Assembly: GCA_937915565.1 (NCBI GenBank)
Contig: CALDMH010000108.1
Span: 1 to 57,501, forward strand
Direction: 5' to 3'
DNA: 57,501 bases
From: an uncultured Clostridia bacterium
GTDB taxonomy: Bacteria > Bacillota > Clostridia > Christensenellales > Borkfalkiaceae
In this document: positions 18,681-27,784 of the stretch, one piece after another
Layout of the letters: each line of letters starts with the position of its first letter
Position numbering within the stretch: position 1 is the stretch's first letter
The notes under the pieces: generated by a model
Database searches by the model: none
Told to the model about the DNA's origin: nothing
The model's input: only the letters and a program-made list of their open reading frames with translations
Translations under genes and position numbers: made by a program

Positions 18681-18712
18681 CTGCCCGATAATCGACTTAT
18701 ACGGGCAGTTTT
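18681..18712 (+). terminator. hairpin whose 14-nt loop is the TAATCGACTTATA word, followed by TTTT
   Basis: Perfect 7-bp stem CTGCCCG/CGGGCAG. The loop is ATAATCGACTTATA (word at 18689-18701). An A5 run lies upstream and a T4 run downstream. It sits between convergent genes. Confidence 0.7.
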
Positions 18713-18764
18713 ATAATGAGGTTTGTTTTCGAAACGAGCTTCGGCCGATGGTCGGTACGTATAT

Positions 18765-18800
18765 GCGGCTCGCGTTTTTCTTTCAAAAAACGCGAGCCGC
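18765..18800. terminator. bidirectional-type hairpin between convergent genes
   Basis: 15-bp stem GCGGCTCGCGTTTTT/AAAAACGCGAGCCGC, 17 nt beyond the stop of the minus-strand ABC gene. Confidence 0.65.
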
Positions 18801-18817
18801 ACCACTGCAAAATGAAA

Positions 18818-21325
18818 TTATTCGGAACGAAGAGCGATAACGGGGTCTTTTTTGCTGGCGAGCCTCGAAGGGATAAGACCGGCAATCAACGTAAGGCACA
18901 TCGAAATCGCAATGAGGATAAGCGCGCCTTTCCAGGGAAGAGCGGCGACGTTTGCGATACCCGCGAGCGAGTGAATCAAAATGCTTATCGGAATATCCAA
19001 AAGCGCGGTTATTCCGATGCCCATAACTCCCGCGACGAATCCGATAATTAGCGTTTCGGCGTTAAACACGCGCGATACGTCGCGTTTGGATGCGCCCAAA
19101 GCCCTTAAAACGCCTATCTCCTTGATACGTTCGAGAACGGAAATATAGGTGATGATTCCTATCATTATCGAAGAAACGATAAGTGAAACGGAAACGAAAC
19201 CTATCAAAACGTAAGAAACGGCGTTCACTATGTCGGTTACCGAGGAGAGGAGAATACCGACGTAATCGGTGTATCTGATTTGATTATCCTCGCCGACTTC
19301 CTCGTTAAATCTTTCGATAAGAGATTCCACGTAGTCCTTGTTTTCAAAAGTGGAAGCGTAAATACTTATCGTTGCGGGCTCGTTTTTGTCGGCAAAGCCC
19401 ACTTGTTCGAGAACCGTGTCGATATGGGAAGAAATGAACGGCGAGCCGTCGAGAACGCTTTTTTCGTCGTCGGCGCGTTGAGCTTTAACGACGTCCGCCG
19501 TTTCCATATCGTCCATCAAAGCTTCGGTAAGACCGTAACCGTAAACGAGGTTGCCTTGAATGGAGGTCGCCGAAACGCCCTCTTTCGGACGAATTATGCC
19601 TGCTATTCTCACTTTTCTGCCGTGATTTAAGGCGATTTGTTCAAGCTCGTCGGCGTCCTCGGCTTGCTTATAATACGGGCTTTCGGACGTCTTTCTATAA
19701 GTGAAAGGCGTGGTGAGAAGCGTGTATTCGAGGTTGATGAAATCTTTGGTCTGGTAAGATTGCGTTTCGGGTTCTTCGTTCATCGAAGACGCGTCGAACT
19801 GCTTTCTCAAACCCAAAACCGTCAGAACGTAATCGGGAATCTGGTTATACGAGTTGACTACGAGCATTATTTCGTTCTCGCTTGAAAAATCAATCCATTT
19901 TCCGTCGATAAGTTCATATTGACTTTTGATAAGCTTTTCGCTGTTAATCAATTCGTTCCACACGGGGAAATAGAGTTTTGCGACGTCCGCCGTGGCGAAA
20001 GGATTGGACGATTGGTTTCTGAACGCCTCCACCATTGATTCGATGGGGCTTTTGAGCCTTGTGAATTTATCGCCCGTGGTCACGTCTTCGCCGTAAACTA
20101 TGAAATTTAAGTTGTAAGTATATTTAATCGCGGTGATTTTGCTTCTGTCGTAATCCTCGGTTTCAAGGAAAATCTTGAAGTTTTTAACGTCGTTATCCTT
20201 GCTGCCCTTTTGAAAATCCTTGTAGAGGTCGGTAATCGAATTGTTTACCGTAATATCTTTCGTGTTCGGGTATCTCACTCCGCTTCCGGATTGAGCGACG
20301 TCGTTCATACCTTGCATAACCGTCGAGTAATCCGCAAATTTTTTGGTAATCGTAACGGGGTAGTTGGAAAGAGCGTCGCGCTGAACGGAATCGATGTAGT
20401 TCTGGAATCCGTTTGAAAGCGACAAGACGAGCGCGATGCCGATTATGCCTATGCTTCCCGCGAAGGAAACGAGAATCGTGCGCGCCTTTTTCGTGAGCAT
20501 ATTTTTGAAACTTAACGAAAGCGCGGTGAAGAAACTCATCGAAGTTTTCGGCGGTTTATTGCCTTTCGTCTTTTTTTTGCGTTTATCCGCGGTTTTTTCG
20601 TCCGAATTAACGTTTAAGGCTTTATATTCCGCATTCATTTCCTCGTCCGAAACGGGTTGACTGTCCGAAATGAGTTCGCCGTCCAAAAGCCTGATTATTC
20701 TCGAAGAATATTTTTCGGCAAGCTCGGGATTGTGCGTCACCATAACGATAAGGCGTTCGTGAGAGATTTCCTTTAAAAGCTCCATTATCTGCACGCTCGT
20801 TTTGGAATCGAGCGCGCCCGTCGGCTCGTCGGCAAGAATTATTTCGGGGTCGTTTACCAAAGCTCTCGCAATCGCAACTCTTTGCATCTGTCCGCCGGAA
20901 AGTTGGTTGGGTTTAACGTTAAGTTTGTTCCCGAGCCCCACTTTTTCCAGAGCTTTTTTAGCTTTTTCGCGGCGTTCGGCCGCACTCACGCCAGCAAGGG
21001 TGAGGGCGAGTTCCACGTTTTCGGCAACCGTCTGATGCGGGATAAGGTTATAACTTTGGAAGACGAAGCCTATCGAGTGGTTACGGTAAGAATCCCAATC
21101 TTTATCGGTGTAAAGCTTGGTGCTTTTACCGTCGATGGCAAGGTCGCCGGAAGTGTATTTGTCAAGTCCGCCGATAATATTCAAAAGAGTGGTTTTTCCG
21201 CAGCCGGAAGGGCCGAGCACGGATACGAATTCGCTTTTCCTGAATCTTAAACTGATTCCTTTCAAAGCCCTGACCGTTTCGTCCTGCGTGTAGTATTCCT
21301 TTACGATGTTACTGAGTTCCAACAT
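18818..21325 (-). CDS. fused ABC transporter: N-terminal ATPase + MacB/FtsX-type permease with large extracytoplasmic domain
   Basis: Walker [10 protein letters not shown], signature LSGGQMQR, and Walker B ILADEPT. TM1 is followed by a ~400-aa loop and a C-terminal FtsX 3-TM bundle ending [18 protein letters not shown] is present. Confidence 0.88.
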   Translation of the reverse strand: MLELSNIVKEYYTQDETVRALKGISLRFRKSEFVSVLGPSGCGKTTLLNIIGGLDKYTSGDLAIDGKSTKLYTDKDWDSYRNHSIGFVFQSYNLIPHQTVAENVELALTLAGVSAAERREKAKKALEKVGLGNKLNVKPNQLSGGQMQRVAIARALVNDPEIILADEPTGALDSKTSVQIMELLKEISHERLIVMVTHNPELAEKYSSRIIRLLDGELISDSQPVSDEEMNAEYKALNVNSDEKTADKRKKKTKGNKPPKTSMSFFTALSLSFKNMLTKKARTILVSFAGSIGIIGIALVLSLSNGFQNYIDSVQRDALSNYPVTITKKFADYSTVMQGMNDVAQSGSGVRYPNTKDITVNNSITDLYKDFQKGSKDNDVKNFKIFLETEDYDRSKITAIKYTYNLNFIVYGEDVTTGDKFTRLKSPIESMVEAFRNQSSNPFATADVAKLYFPVWNELINSEKLIKSQYELIDGKWIDFSSENEIMLVVNSYNQIPDYVLTVLGLRKQFDASSMNEEPETQSYQTKDFINLEYTLLTTPFTYRKTSESPYYKQAEDADELEQIALNHGRKVRIAGIIRPKEGVSATSIQGNLVYGYGLTEALMDDMETADVVKAQRADDEKSVLDGSPFISSHIDTVLEQVGFADKNEPATISIYASTFENKDYVESLIERFNEEVGEDNQIRYTDYVGILLSSVTDIVNAVSYVLIGFVSVSLIVSSIMIGIITYISVLERIKEIGVLRALGASKRDVSRVFNAETLIIGFVAGVMGIGITALLDIPISILIHSLAGIANVAALPWKGALILIAISMCLTLIAGLIPSRLASKKDPVIALRSE

Positions 21326-21454
21326 ATCGTTAACCTCCGTTCGGTTGACGTTAAAATTTTATCACTAAATTATATAATAGTAAACCAAAAACGAGCAAAA
21401 TAGTTCTTTTTTATGCGTATTTCATCATTTTAATTTTATTTTCACAAAAACCGT

Positions 21455-21482
21455 TTGCAAAAAACGGCTCGTGTGGTATAAT
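21455..21482 (+). promoter_or_regulatory. sigma-70-type promoter upstream of the two-component operon
   Basis: TTGCAA (21455-21460), a 16-nt spacer, then TGgTATAAT (-10 at 21477-21482). Confidence 0.6.
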
Positions 21483-21509
21483 AAAACCATAAAAAAAGGA
21501 GGCGGACGA

Positions 21510-22184
21510 ATGTTTTCCGTACTTGTCGTCGAGGACGATATACCAACGAACAAATTGATGACGATAGTCCTGAAAAACGGCGGATACAAACCGATACCCG
21601 CCTTTTCTTCGGCGGAGGCTTTGCGGCTTTTCGATTCGGAAAAGCCCGACCTCGTTCTTGCCGACGTTATGCTTCCGGACGTGAGCGGCTTCCGTCTTAC
21701 GGAAGCGATAAGGCGGGCGGACGCGGAAGTGCCGGTTATCATCGTAACGGCAAAGCAGTCGCCGTCGGACAAACATTACGGGTTTATGGTCGGCGCGGAC
21801 GACTATATGACGAAGCCCGTGGACGAGGAAGAATTGCTGCTGCGCATCAAAGCGTTGCTTCGCAGATGTAAGTCTCCGTCAGAGCAAAAGTTGCAGTTTA
21901 ACGACTTATCGCTGGACTTTTCAAAGATGATGGCAACCGTGAACGGCGTTCCCGTGGAGCTCACTCAAAAGGAATTTTTGCTTCTTTTCAAGCTTCTTTC
22001 CTCCGAGGGGAAAATCTTCACGAGGAACGAACTTATGGAGGCCGTTTGGGGCAGTTCCGAAAAGGACGACCACACTTTGAACGTGCATATAAACAGGGTA
22101 AGAGAAAAGCTTTCGGGCGTGAAGTCGATTGAGATAAAGTCGATAAGAGGGCTTGGATATAAGGCGGTAAAAACCGATGCGTAA
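21510..22184 (+). CDS. OmpR/PhoB-family response regulator
   Basis: The receiver domain shows VLVVEDD, a phospho-acceptor D in LVLADVMLPD, and VIIVTAK. A winged-helix C-terminus (LT.KEF.LL ... IRGLGYK) is present. The ATG at 21510 follows AAAGGAGG. Confidence 0.92.
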   Translation: MFSVLVVEDDIPTNKLMTIVLKNGGYKPIPAFSSAEALRLFDSEKPDLVLADVMLPDVSGFRLTEAIRRADAEVPVIIVTAKQSPSDKHYGFMVGADDYMTKPVDEEELLLRIKALLRRCKSPSEQKLQFNDLSLDFSKMMATVNGVPVELTQKEFLLLFKLLSSEGKIFTRNELMEAVWGSSEKDDHTLNVHINRVREKLSGVKSIEIKSIRGLGYKAVKTDA

Positions 22185-23205
22185 AGGGAAGAACGGCGAA
22201 TATTCGGAGCTCGTTTTTGCCGGAATCGCCTGCGGGGCGGCGAGCCTTTTCGGGTTTTTATTATTCGTTATTTTTGAAAAATCGGGCGCGATAACCGTCA
22301 ATATGCCGAGCGGAACGATTTTTGCGGCGTTTTTGTTCGTATGCGTGTTCGCGCTCGCGTTCTTTTTGTTTTATCTTCGGTTTAAAAAGCGTCGGGAATC
22401 GCTTAAAAGCATTTACGAAGCCGTGGAAAAAATTTCTTCGGGGGATTACGAGATAAATCTCGGCGACGTTTCGGCGGAATTCAAACGCGCCGCGCAGGCT
22501 CTCGAAGCGGTTGCGCTCGCGCTTAAACGGGCGGACGAAACCAAAAACGATTTCATCAACGATTTCTCGCACGAACTAAAAACTCCGATAGTTTCCATTC
22601 GAGGTTTTGCGAAGCTCATCGCAAAAGGCAAGCTCACGAAGGAAGAGGAGAAAGAATATCTCGACGTTATCGTTTCGGAATCGGACAGGCTTATCGATTT
22701 AACTGCAAGCACGCTTATGCTGGACAGGCTTTCAAACGGTCGGCTGGACGTAAGTTTTGCCGAATTCGACGTTTCCGAAACGTTGAGAAAGTGCATTTTG
22801 GTGCTTCAATCGGCGTGGGAAAAGAAGAATATCGAAATGGAAGCCGACGTGGGAGATTGCAGGATAATTTCCAACGAAGAACTTATAAGTCAGTTGTTTA
22901 TAAATATTCTCGATAACGCCGTTAAATTTACGCCCGAGGGCGGCAGAGTTGAAGTGAGTTTAACCGAAAGCGGCAAAGAAGTCGTTATTTCGATTAAGGA
23001 CAGCGGCGTGGGAATGGACGAAGAAACCTGCCGAAGAATGTTCGATAAATATTTCCGCGCGGAAAAATCCCGAACCACGCACGGAAACGGGCTCGGGCTT
23101 GCTACGGTTAAACGAATTGCGGAACTTCTCGATTTGAAAATCGAAGCGGAATCTTCTTTGGGAAAAGGCACGGAATTTACCGTAACTTACAAAAAAAGAA
23201 AATAA
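22177..23205 (+). CDS. sensor histidine kinase, intramembrane-sensing type (two TM, ~10-aa outer loop)
   Basis: H-box FSHELKTPI, N-box LDNAVKFTPEGG, and G-boxes DSGVGM and GNGLGLA. It overlaps the response-regulator stop codon. Confidence 0.9.
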   Translation: MRKGKNGEYSELVFAGIACGAASLFGFLLFVIFEKSGAITVNMPSGTIFAAFLFVCVFALAFFLFYLRFKKRRESLKSIYEAVEKISSGDYEINLGDVSAEFKRAAQALEAVALALKRADETKNDFINDFSHELKTPIVSIRGFAKLIAKGKLTKEEEKEYLDVIVSESDRLIDLTASTLMLDRLSNGRLDVSFAEFDVSETLRKCILVLQSAWEKKNIEMEADVGDCRIISNEELISQLFINILDNAVKFTPEGGRVEVSLTESGKEVVISIKDSGVGMDEETCRRMFDKYFRAEKSRTTHGNGLGLATVKRIAELLDLKIEAESSLGKGTEFTVTYKKRK

Positions 23206-23258
23206 CGGCGTTTCGGCAAGTTTTATATTATGGAAAACGTTGCGCAAAAGTAAAAGGT

Positions 23259-23300
23259 TGCGCCGCGAGGTTTTTTCAAAAAAACCTCGCGGCGCATTTT
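23259..23300. terminator. bidirectional rho-independent terminator between the kinase and amidase genes
   Basis: Stem TGCGCCGCGAGGTTTTT/AAAAACCTCGCGGCGCA followed by TTTT. The A/T arms serve both strands. Confidence 0.85.
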
Positions 23301-23392
23301 AAATTTTAATTGAATTCATATCGCGGCGAAACTTAAAAATATAAAAAATATCGTAGAATATCGGCAAATTTACTCGAAAAATTATTTTGGTT

Positions 23393-24103
23393 CTATTCGG
23401 CGTTTGTCAATCCGTAGCGATAGGCTTCCACTCCTGCGAAAATCTTTTCCGCGATTTTCTTCCTATAATCGTCGGTCAAAAGCAAATTTTCGTCCTCTTC
23501 GTTGGATAAAAACCCGCATTCGCAAAGAATAGCTCGGCTTTTCGATTCGTTTAAAACGTAATAATCTCCCACCAAAGGCGAATAATCCTTTCCGCAAAGT
23601 TCGTTGAGTTGTTTTTGAACGCTTTGCGCAAGTTTTTTGCTTTGTTCGTCGCCGATTTTATAAAACACCTGCGCTCCGCGGCGCGAGGACGATGAAAAAT
23701 AATTCAGATGCACCGAAACGAAAACGTCGGGAGAGGCTTTTTCGGCGATTTCCATTCGTTTTTTCATATCCCGCCTTTTAAAACCTTTTGAAAAAACCCC
23801 GTAAAGTCCCGCCTCCGTCTTTCTCGTCATAACGGTTTTCGCGCCCGAATCGTCGAATTCCGATTTGAGCTTTCTCGAAATATCGAGATTAAGTTCGCTT
23901 TCCTTAACGTTGCTTTTCTTTCCCGAAACGCCGCCGTCGATTCCGCCGTGCCCCGCGTCGATAACCACGGTGAATTCGGGTTTCGGCGAAGTCGCCGCTT
24001 TAACGCGCGCGCAAACGCAGCCTACGTACGTTGCGGAAAGCAAAACGAGAATTATAACCGCAATCACTCTGTCCGCGGAAAAAAAATCTTTGTCGTTTCT
24101 CAT
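23393..24103 (-). CDS. N-acetylmuramoyl-L-alanine amidase (Amidase_3), CwlD-like size and topology
   Basis: An N-terminal TM anchor is present. Motifs VIDAGHGGIDGG, E..LNL and SVHLN. The 236-aa length matches germination-specific CwlD-type amidases. Confidence 0.8.
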   Translation of the reverse strand: MRNDKDFFSADRVIAVIILVLLSATYVGCVCARVKAATSPKPEFTVVIDAGHGGIDGGVSGKKSNVKESELNLDISRKLKSEFDDSGAKTVMTRKTEAGLYGVFSKGFKRRDMKKRMEIAEKASPDVFVSVHLNYFSSSSRRGAQVFYKIGDEQSKKLAQSVQKQLNELCGKDYSPLVGDYYVLNESKSRAILCECGFLSNEEDENLLLTDDYRKKIAEKIFAGVEAYRYGLTNAE

Positions 24104-24190
24104 ATATAATAATGATATGCAAACTTCTTTTCCTTTTATTCTTTATCGCCGACGCGCCAAAAAAAATATTAAAAAACTTTAAAAAAACGC

Positions 24191-24223
24191 TTGACAGGCA
24201 ATACTATGCGTGATATAGTATTG
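24191..24223 (+). promoter_or_regulatory. promoter of the padR operon with overlapping 9-bp inverted repeat (candidate PadR operator)
   Basis: TTGACA (24191-24196), a 17-nt spacer, then TGaTATAGT. The inverted repeat is CAATACTAT (24199-24207), N7, ATAGTATTG (24215-24223). Confidence 0.6.
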
Positions 24224-24246
24224 TGTGTAAAGAGGTATTGAGAGAT

Positions 24247-24576
24247 ATGGACGTGCAATTAAAGAAAGGAGTGTTGGAAATATGCGTTTTATCCGCGATG
24301 TTATCGGAAGAAACTTACGGATACGAACTCATAAAGAAGATTTCTCCGTATATCGACGTTTCCGAATCGACCTTATATCCCATTTTGCGCAGGCTCGAAA
24401 CGGGCGGATTCGTTCGGGTGAGAAGCGCGGAGCATAACGGGAGATTGAGGAAGTACTATTCCATAACCGCCGACGGGCGGCAGAAAATAAAAGATTTTTT
24501 GGCGGATTGGTCGGATATTGTGAAGATATACGATTTTATCGAAGGAGAATGTAATGACGAAAAAGGAATTTCTTAA
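24247..24576 (+). CDS. PadR-family transcriptional regulator
   Basis: Motifs LKKGVLEICVLS, YGYELIK, STLYPILRRLE and YYSIT..G are typical of the PadR winged helix. Confidence 0.9.
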   Translation: MDVQLKKGVLEICVLSAMLSEETYGYELIKKISPYIDVSESTLYPILRRLETGGFVRVRSAEHNGRLRKYYSITADGRQKIKDFLADWSDIVKIYDFIEGECNDEKGIS

Positions 24577-25138
24577 AAAGTTGAAAAGGGGGCTTGCGCC
24601 GATGGGCGGTTACGAGCGTCAGCAGGCTCTCGATTATTACGACGAAATGATTGACGACAGAATCGAAAGCGGCAAAACCGAGGAGGAGGCCGTGGACGAA
24701 CTCGGTTCGCCGGAATCCGTCGTCGAAAAAACGTTGAGGGAAGCGGGAATCGACGCGGATAAAAGCGGCTCGTTTTTCAAAGACGACAAGGGCAACGTCA
24801 AAACGGGCTGGGTGGTTGTCTTAATCGTCGGCGCGCCGTTATGGTTTGGGCTTGCGTGCGGATTGTTCGGGCTTGCGCTGGGGCTTTTTTGCGGAGCGCT
24901 CGGGCTTATTGCCGGGATAGTCGGCGCGTGCGTCGGTATGGTTGCGGGCGGCGCGGCTTCGGTCGGCTTCGGAATTTACACGTTGTTTTTTGATTTCGGC
25001 TCGGGGCTTATGTGCATCGGCGGCGGACTTACGGTGTTTGCGCTCGGCGTGCTTTGCTCCGTCGGAGTTTGGTTGCTTTTAAAACGCGGATTCGGTTATA
25101 TCCGCTCGTTGACAAGAAAAAAGGAGAGTAAACGATGA
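24554..25138 (+). CDS. DUF1700-type membrane protein (PadR-associated)
   Basis: The N-terminus KKEFLKKLKRGL...YYDEMIDDRIESGKTEEEAV..LGSPE is followed by a Gly-rich TM region. It overlaps padR. Confidence 0.8.
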   Translation: MTKKEFLKKLKRGLAPMGGYERQQALDYYDEMIDDRIESGKTEEEAVDELGSPESVVEKTLREAGIDADKSGSFFKDDKGNVKTGWVVVLIVGAPLWFGLACGLFGLALGLFCGALGLIAGIVGACVGMVAGGAASVGFGIYTLFFDFGSGLMCIGGGLTVFALGVLCSVGVWLLLKRGFGYIRSLTRKKESKR

Positions 25139-26043
25139 AAAAATTTATTATAGTATTATGTATAATTTTAGCCGCGGGAATCACGCTCGGCATCACGGGC
25201 GCGATAATTTATGCGGCTAACGGGAGTAACGATATGAGTAAATACACGGAAACTGCAAACAAAACCGCGCTCGACGGCGTGAATTCAATCAAGATTAAAT
25301 GCACCGTAGAGAGCATCGAAGTGACGCCCGTAGACGGCGACGAAATCACTTTTTCTTATTACGAAGGCGATAAACTTCACCACAATCTGACGGTTGAAAA
25401 CGGAAAACTCGTTTTTGAAACCGAGAACAAAATGTGGGCGTTCTGGTTCTGGTGGGGCTTTAACAAGGAATCCTTAACGATAAAAGTCGGCGTTCCGCGC
25501 GCTTTTGCGGGCGACCTCGAACTCGACGCTTCCACGGGAGATATAAAAGTTTCGGATATAGCGGGCGTAAAGGAATTCGACGCGGAAATTTCCACGGGAG
25601 TTATAAACGTGGACGGCGTGAAAGCCGAAAGCATTTCGCTTAAATCGAGCACCGGCGCGATAAAGCTTAAAAATTCGGAAGCGAGCGGCGACGTAAAAGT
25701 TAAGGCAAGCACGGGCAAAGTCGTCGTGGACGAGGTTAAAGCAGGCGCAGAACTCGGCGTTGAGGTAAGCACGGGCAAAGTGGAATGTAATGCGGACGCC
25801 AAGGACGTAAAACTGAAAAGCTCCACGGGCGAAATCCGCTTCAACCTTAAAAACGCGTCCGTGATTTTCGTAAAATGCACGACGGGCTCGGTGAACGGTA
25901 AAATCAAAGGGATAAAAGAAGAATACGGCATAGATTGTTCAACCACCACGGGCGACAAAAACCTTGCAAACCAAACCGGCACGACCGACAAAAAGCTTAC
26001 CGTAAAAACGACGACGGGCTCGGTCAGCGTTTATTTCGAGTGA
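25135..26043 (+). CDS. DUF4097-like putative adhesin / beta-helix repeat protein
   Basis: It has a signal-anchor and a repeated STG.I.V/STGKV motif every ~20 aa. It is the third gene of the PadR-DUF1700-DUF4097 arrangement. Confidence 0.7.
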   Translation: MKKFIIVLCIILAAGITLGITGAIIYAANGSNDMSKYTETANKTALDGVNSIKIKCTVESIEVTPVDGDEITFSYYEGDKLHHNLTVENGKLVFETENKMWAFWFWWGFNKESLTIKVGVPRAFAGDLELDASTGDIKVSDIAGVKEFDAEISTGVINVDGVKAESISLKSSTGAIKLKNSEASGDVKVKASTGKVVVDEVKAGAELGVEVSTGKVECNADAKDVKLKSSTGEIRFNLKNASVIFVKCTTGSVNGKIKGIKEEYGIDCSTTTGDKNLANQTGTTDKKLTVKTTTGSVSVYFE

Positions 26044-26070
26044 TTGCCAATAGACGCTAAAAAGTTGAGT

Positions 26071-26083
26071 TAATCGACTTATA
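26071..26083 (+). repeat. copy of the 13-nt word TAATCGACTTATA
   Basis: Exact match framed as AAAAAGTTGAG-T-word-G-CCGCAC-TTTTT. It lies 32 nt upstream of the ATG at 26115. Confidence 0.9.
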
Positions 26084-26114
26084 GCCGCACTTTTTATAAA
26101 AGAAAGGAGAAAAA

Positions 26115-27152
26115 ATGAGCAAAAACGAGTTCAATTACGTTCAGGGAAAAGCGCATATCGCGCTCAAAGAGGACGGGTATTACGTCTGGGATTCCTCGGT
26201 TATCAAAGCGGAAGGGAAATATCATATGTTCGCTTCGCGCTGGAAGGAGGATATAGGCTTCGGCTGGAACTGGGTTTTCAACAGCGAAATATGCCATTTC
26301 GTCGCCGACGCGCCGGACGGCAGGTTCGAGTTTAAAAACGTCGTGTTGCCGCGAAGAGGCAGGCAGTATTTCGACGGTATGAACACGCACAACACCTGCA
26401 TAAAGTTCTGGAACGGCAAATATTATCTTTACTATATGGGCACGACCTACGGCGGCGACGTTCCCGGCGATTGTCGGCTTATAGACAACAATTACGCTTT
26501 GGAAACCTGGAACAGGAAAAGAATCGGCGTGGCAGTTGCGGACGATATAAACGGCGAGTTCGTGAGAAAAGACGAGCCGCTTTTAGAGCCGCGCGACTGT
26601 TCGCATTGGGATTGCACGATAACCACGAACCCTTCCGTGGTAATTCTTCCGAGCGGCAAAACGTATATGATTTACAAATCGAGAAGAGCGTTCGGCAAGC
26701 CATTGCAACTCGGCATTGCCGTGGCCGACGCGCCCGACGGAAAGTTCGAGCGGCTCACCGAAAACCCCATTCTCGAATTCGCGAACGACGATAAGCATAT
26801 GGAAGACCCGTTTTTGTGGTACGACGCAAAGCGCAAGAAGTTTTGTATGCTTGCAAAGGACGATTCCAAAAACGGCGATAGCGGCATAACGGGCGAATGG
26901 GGCGCGGGATTTTACGCCGAAAGCGACGATTGCGTCAACTTCGAGTTGCCCGAAAATCCGAAGGTTTATTCGAGAAATCTCGAATGGGCGGACGGAAGAA
27001 AAACCACGCAGTGCAATCTGGAACGCCCGTCGATTTTGTTCGACGAAAACGGCGAACCGATTTATCTCTATTGCGCTTCCGGCGACGGAGAATCGCCGTA
27101 TTCCTTCAAAGGGGCGACTTACGTCGTCGGCATAGAACTTAAAAAGAAATAA
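26115..27152 (+). CDS. five-bladed beta-propeller glycoside hydrolase, GH43-like, cytoplasmic
   Basis: Blade-type motifs WDSSVIKAEGKYHMF, GKYYLYYMG, RIGVAVADD..G.F, LGIAVADAPDG and MEDPFLWYD. No signal peptide. The family assignment is tentative. Confidence 0.6.
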   Translation: MSKNEFNYVQGKAHIALKEDGYYVWDSSVIKAEGKYHMFASRWKEDIGFGWNWVFNSEICHFVADAPDGRFEFKNVVLPRRGRQYFDGMNTHNTCIKFWNGKYYLYYMGTTYGGDVPGDCRLIDNNYALETWNRKRIGVAVADDINGEFVRKDEPLLEPRDCSHWDCTITTNPSVVILPSGKTYMIYKSRRAFGKPLQLGIAVADAPDGKFERLTENPILEFANDDKHMEDPFLWYDAKRKKFCMLAKDDSKNGDSGITGEWGAGFYAESDDCVNFELPENPKVYSRNLEWADGRKTTQCNLERPSILFDENGEPIYLYCASGDGESPYSFKGATYVVGIELKKK

Positions 27153-27159
27153 CGCCAAA

Positions 27160-27186
27160 CCGAGGAGTTTTCGTCCTCGGTTTTTT
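27160..27186 (+). terminator. rho-independent terminator
   Basis: Stem CCGAGGA/TCCTCGG, 7-nt loop, then TTTTTT. Confidence 0.85.
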
Positions 27187-27313
27187 GCCGTAAAAGCAAA
27201 ACCGAAGAAAATTCAGCGAAGAAAATTTAGTTTCGTTTTCGTTGCCGTAGAGTAAAATCGAATAGAATAGCCCCCGTTTTTTCGGTTTTTTTCGGGTAAG
27301 TTCGGTTTTCCTA

Positions 27314-27342
27314 TTGACGAGCCGTTAAAAACGTGCTAATAT
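27314..27342 (+). promoter_or_regulatory. sigma-70-type promoter upstream of rhaM
   Basis: TTGACG (27314-27319), a 17-nt spacer, then TGcTAATAT (-10 at 27337-27342). Confidence 0.6.
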
Positions 27343-27402
27343 GACGGTCGACGGCGCGCCTTTCAAGGTTTAAATATGAGCGGCCGGCATAGGAGGAAAA
27401 AA

Positions 27403-27699
27403 ATGGAGAAATTTACTTGGCGGGCAAAAATCAGGCAGGGAATGAAAGAGGAATATCTTCGCCGCCACGATGAAATCTGGCCGGAAATGGTTGAGGCGTT
27501 AAAGGCGGCGGGAATTTGCAATTATACGATTTGGCTGGACGGAGACGAGCTTTTCGGCTATTACGAATGTGAAAAGGGCGTGGAGTACGCTTTGAAATTT
27601 CAGGCGGAAAATCCCGTCGTAAGGCGTTGGGAGGAATCTATGAAGCCGTTGACCGAAAGAACCCCCCGCGAGCCGAAAAAAGTTTTCGAGTTTGACTGA
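27403..27699 (+). CDS. rhaM: L-rhamnose mutarotase
   Basis: The 98-aa product carries YLRRHDEIWPEM, NYTIW and LFGYYE motifs. The ATG at 27403 follows AGGAGG. Confidence 0.85.
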   Translation: MEKFTWRAKIRQGMKEEYLRRHDEIWPEMVEALKAAGICNYTIWLDGDELFGYYECEKGVEYALKFQAENPVVRRWEESMKPLTERTPREPKKVFEFD

Positions 27700-27784
27700 A
27701 AACGGAAAAAGATTTTCGAGTTTAGCCGAAAATCGAAAACCGACAAAAACGAAAAAATGACGAAAAATAAAAGGAGTAAAAAAA

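Noticed and set aside
18716-19051. A 111-aa plus-strand ORF in the convergent region, overlapping the 3' end of the ABC transporter gene.
   Set aside because: It starts inside terminator hairpins, is Arg/Lys/Gly-rich, has no RBS, and mostly lies antisense to the conserved FtsX C-terminus.
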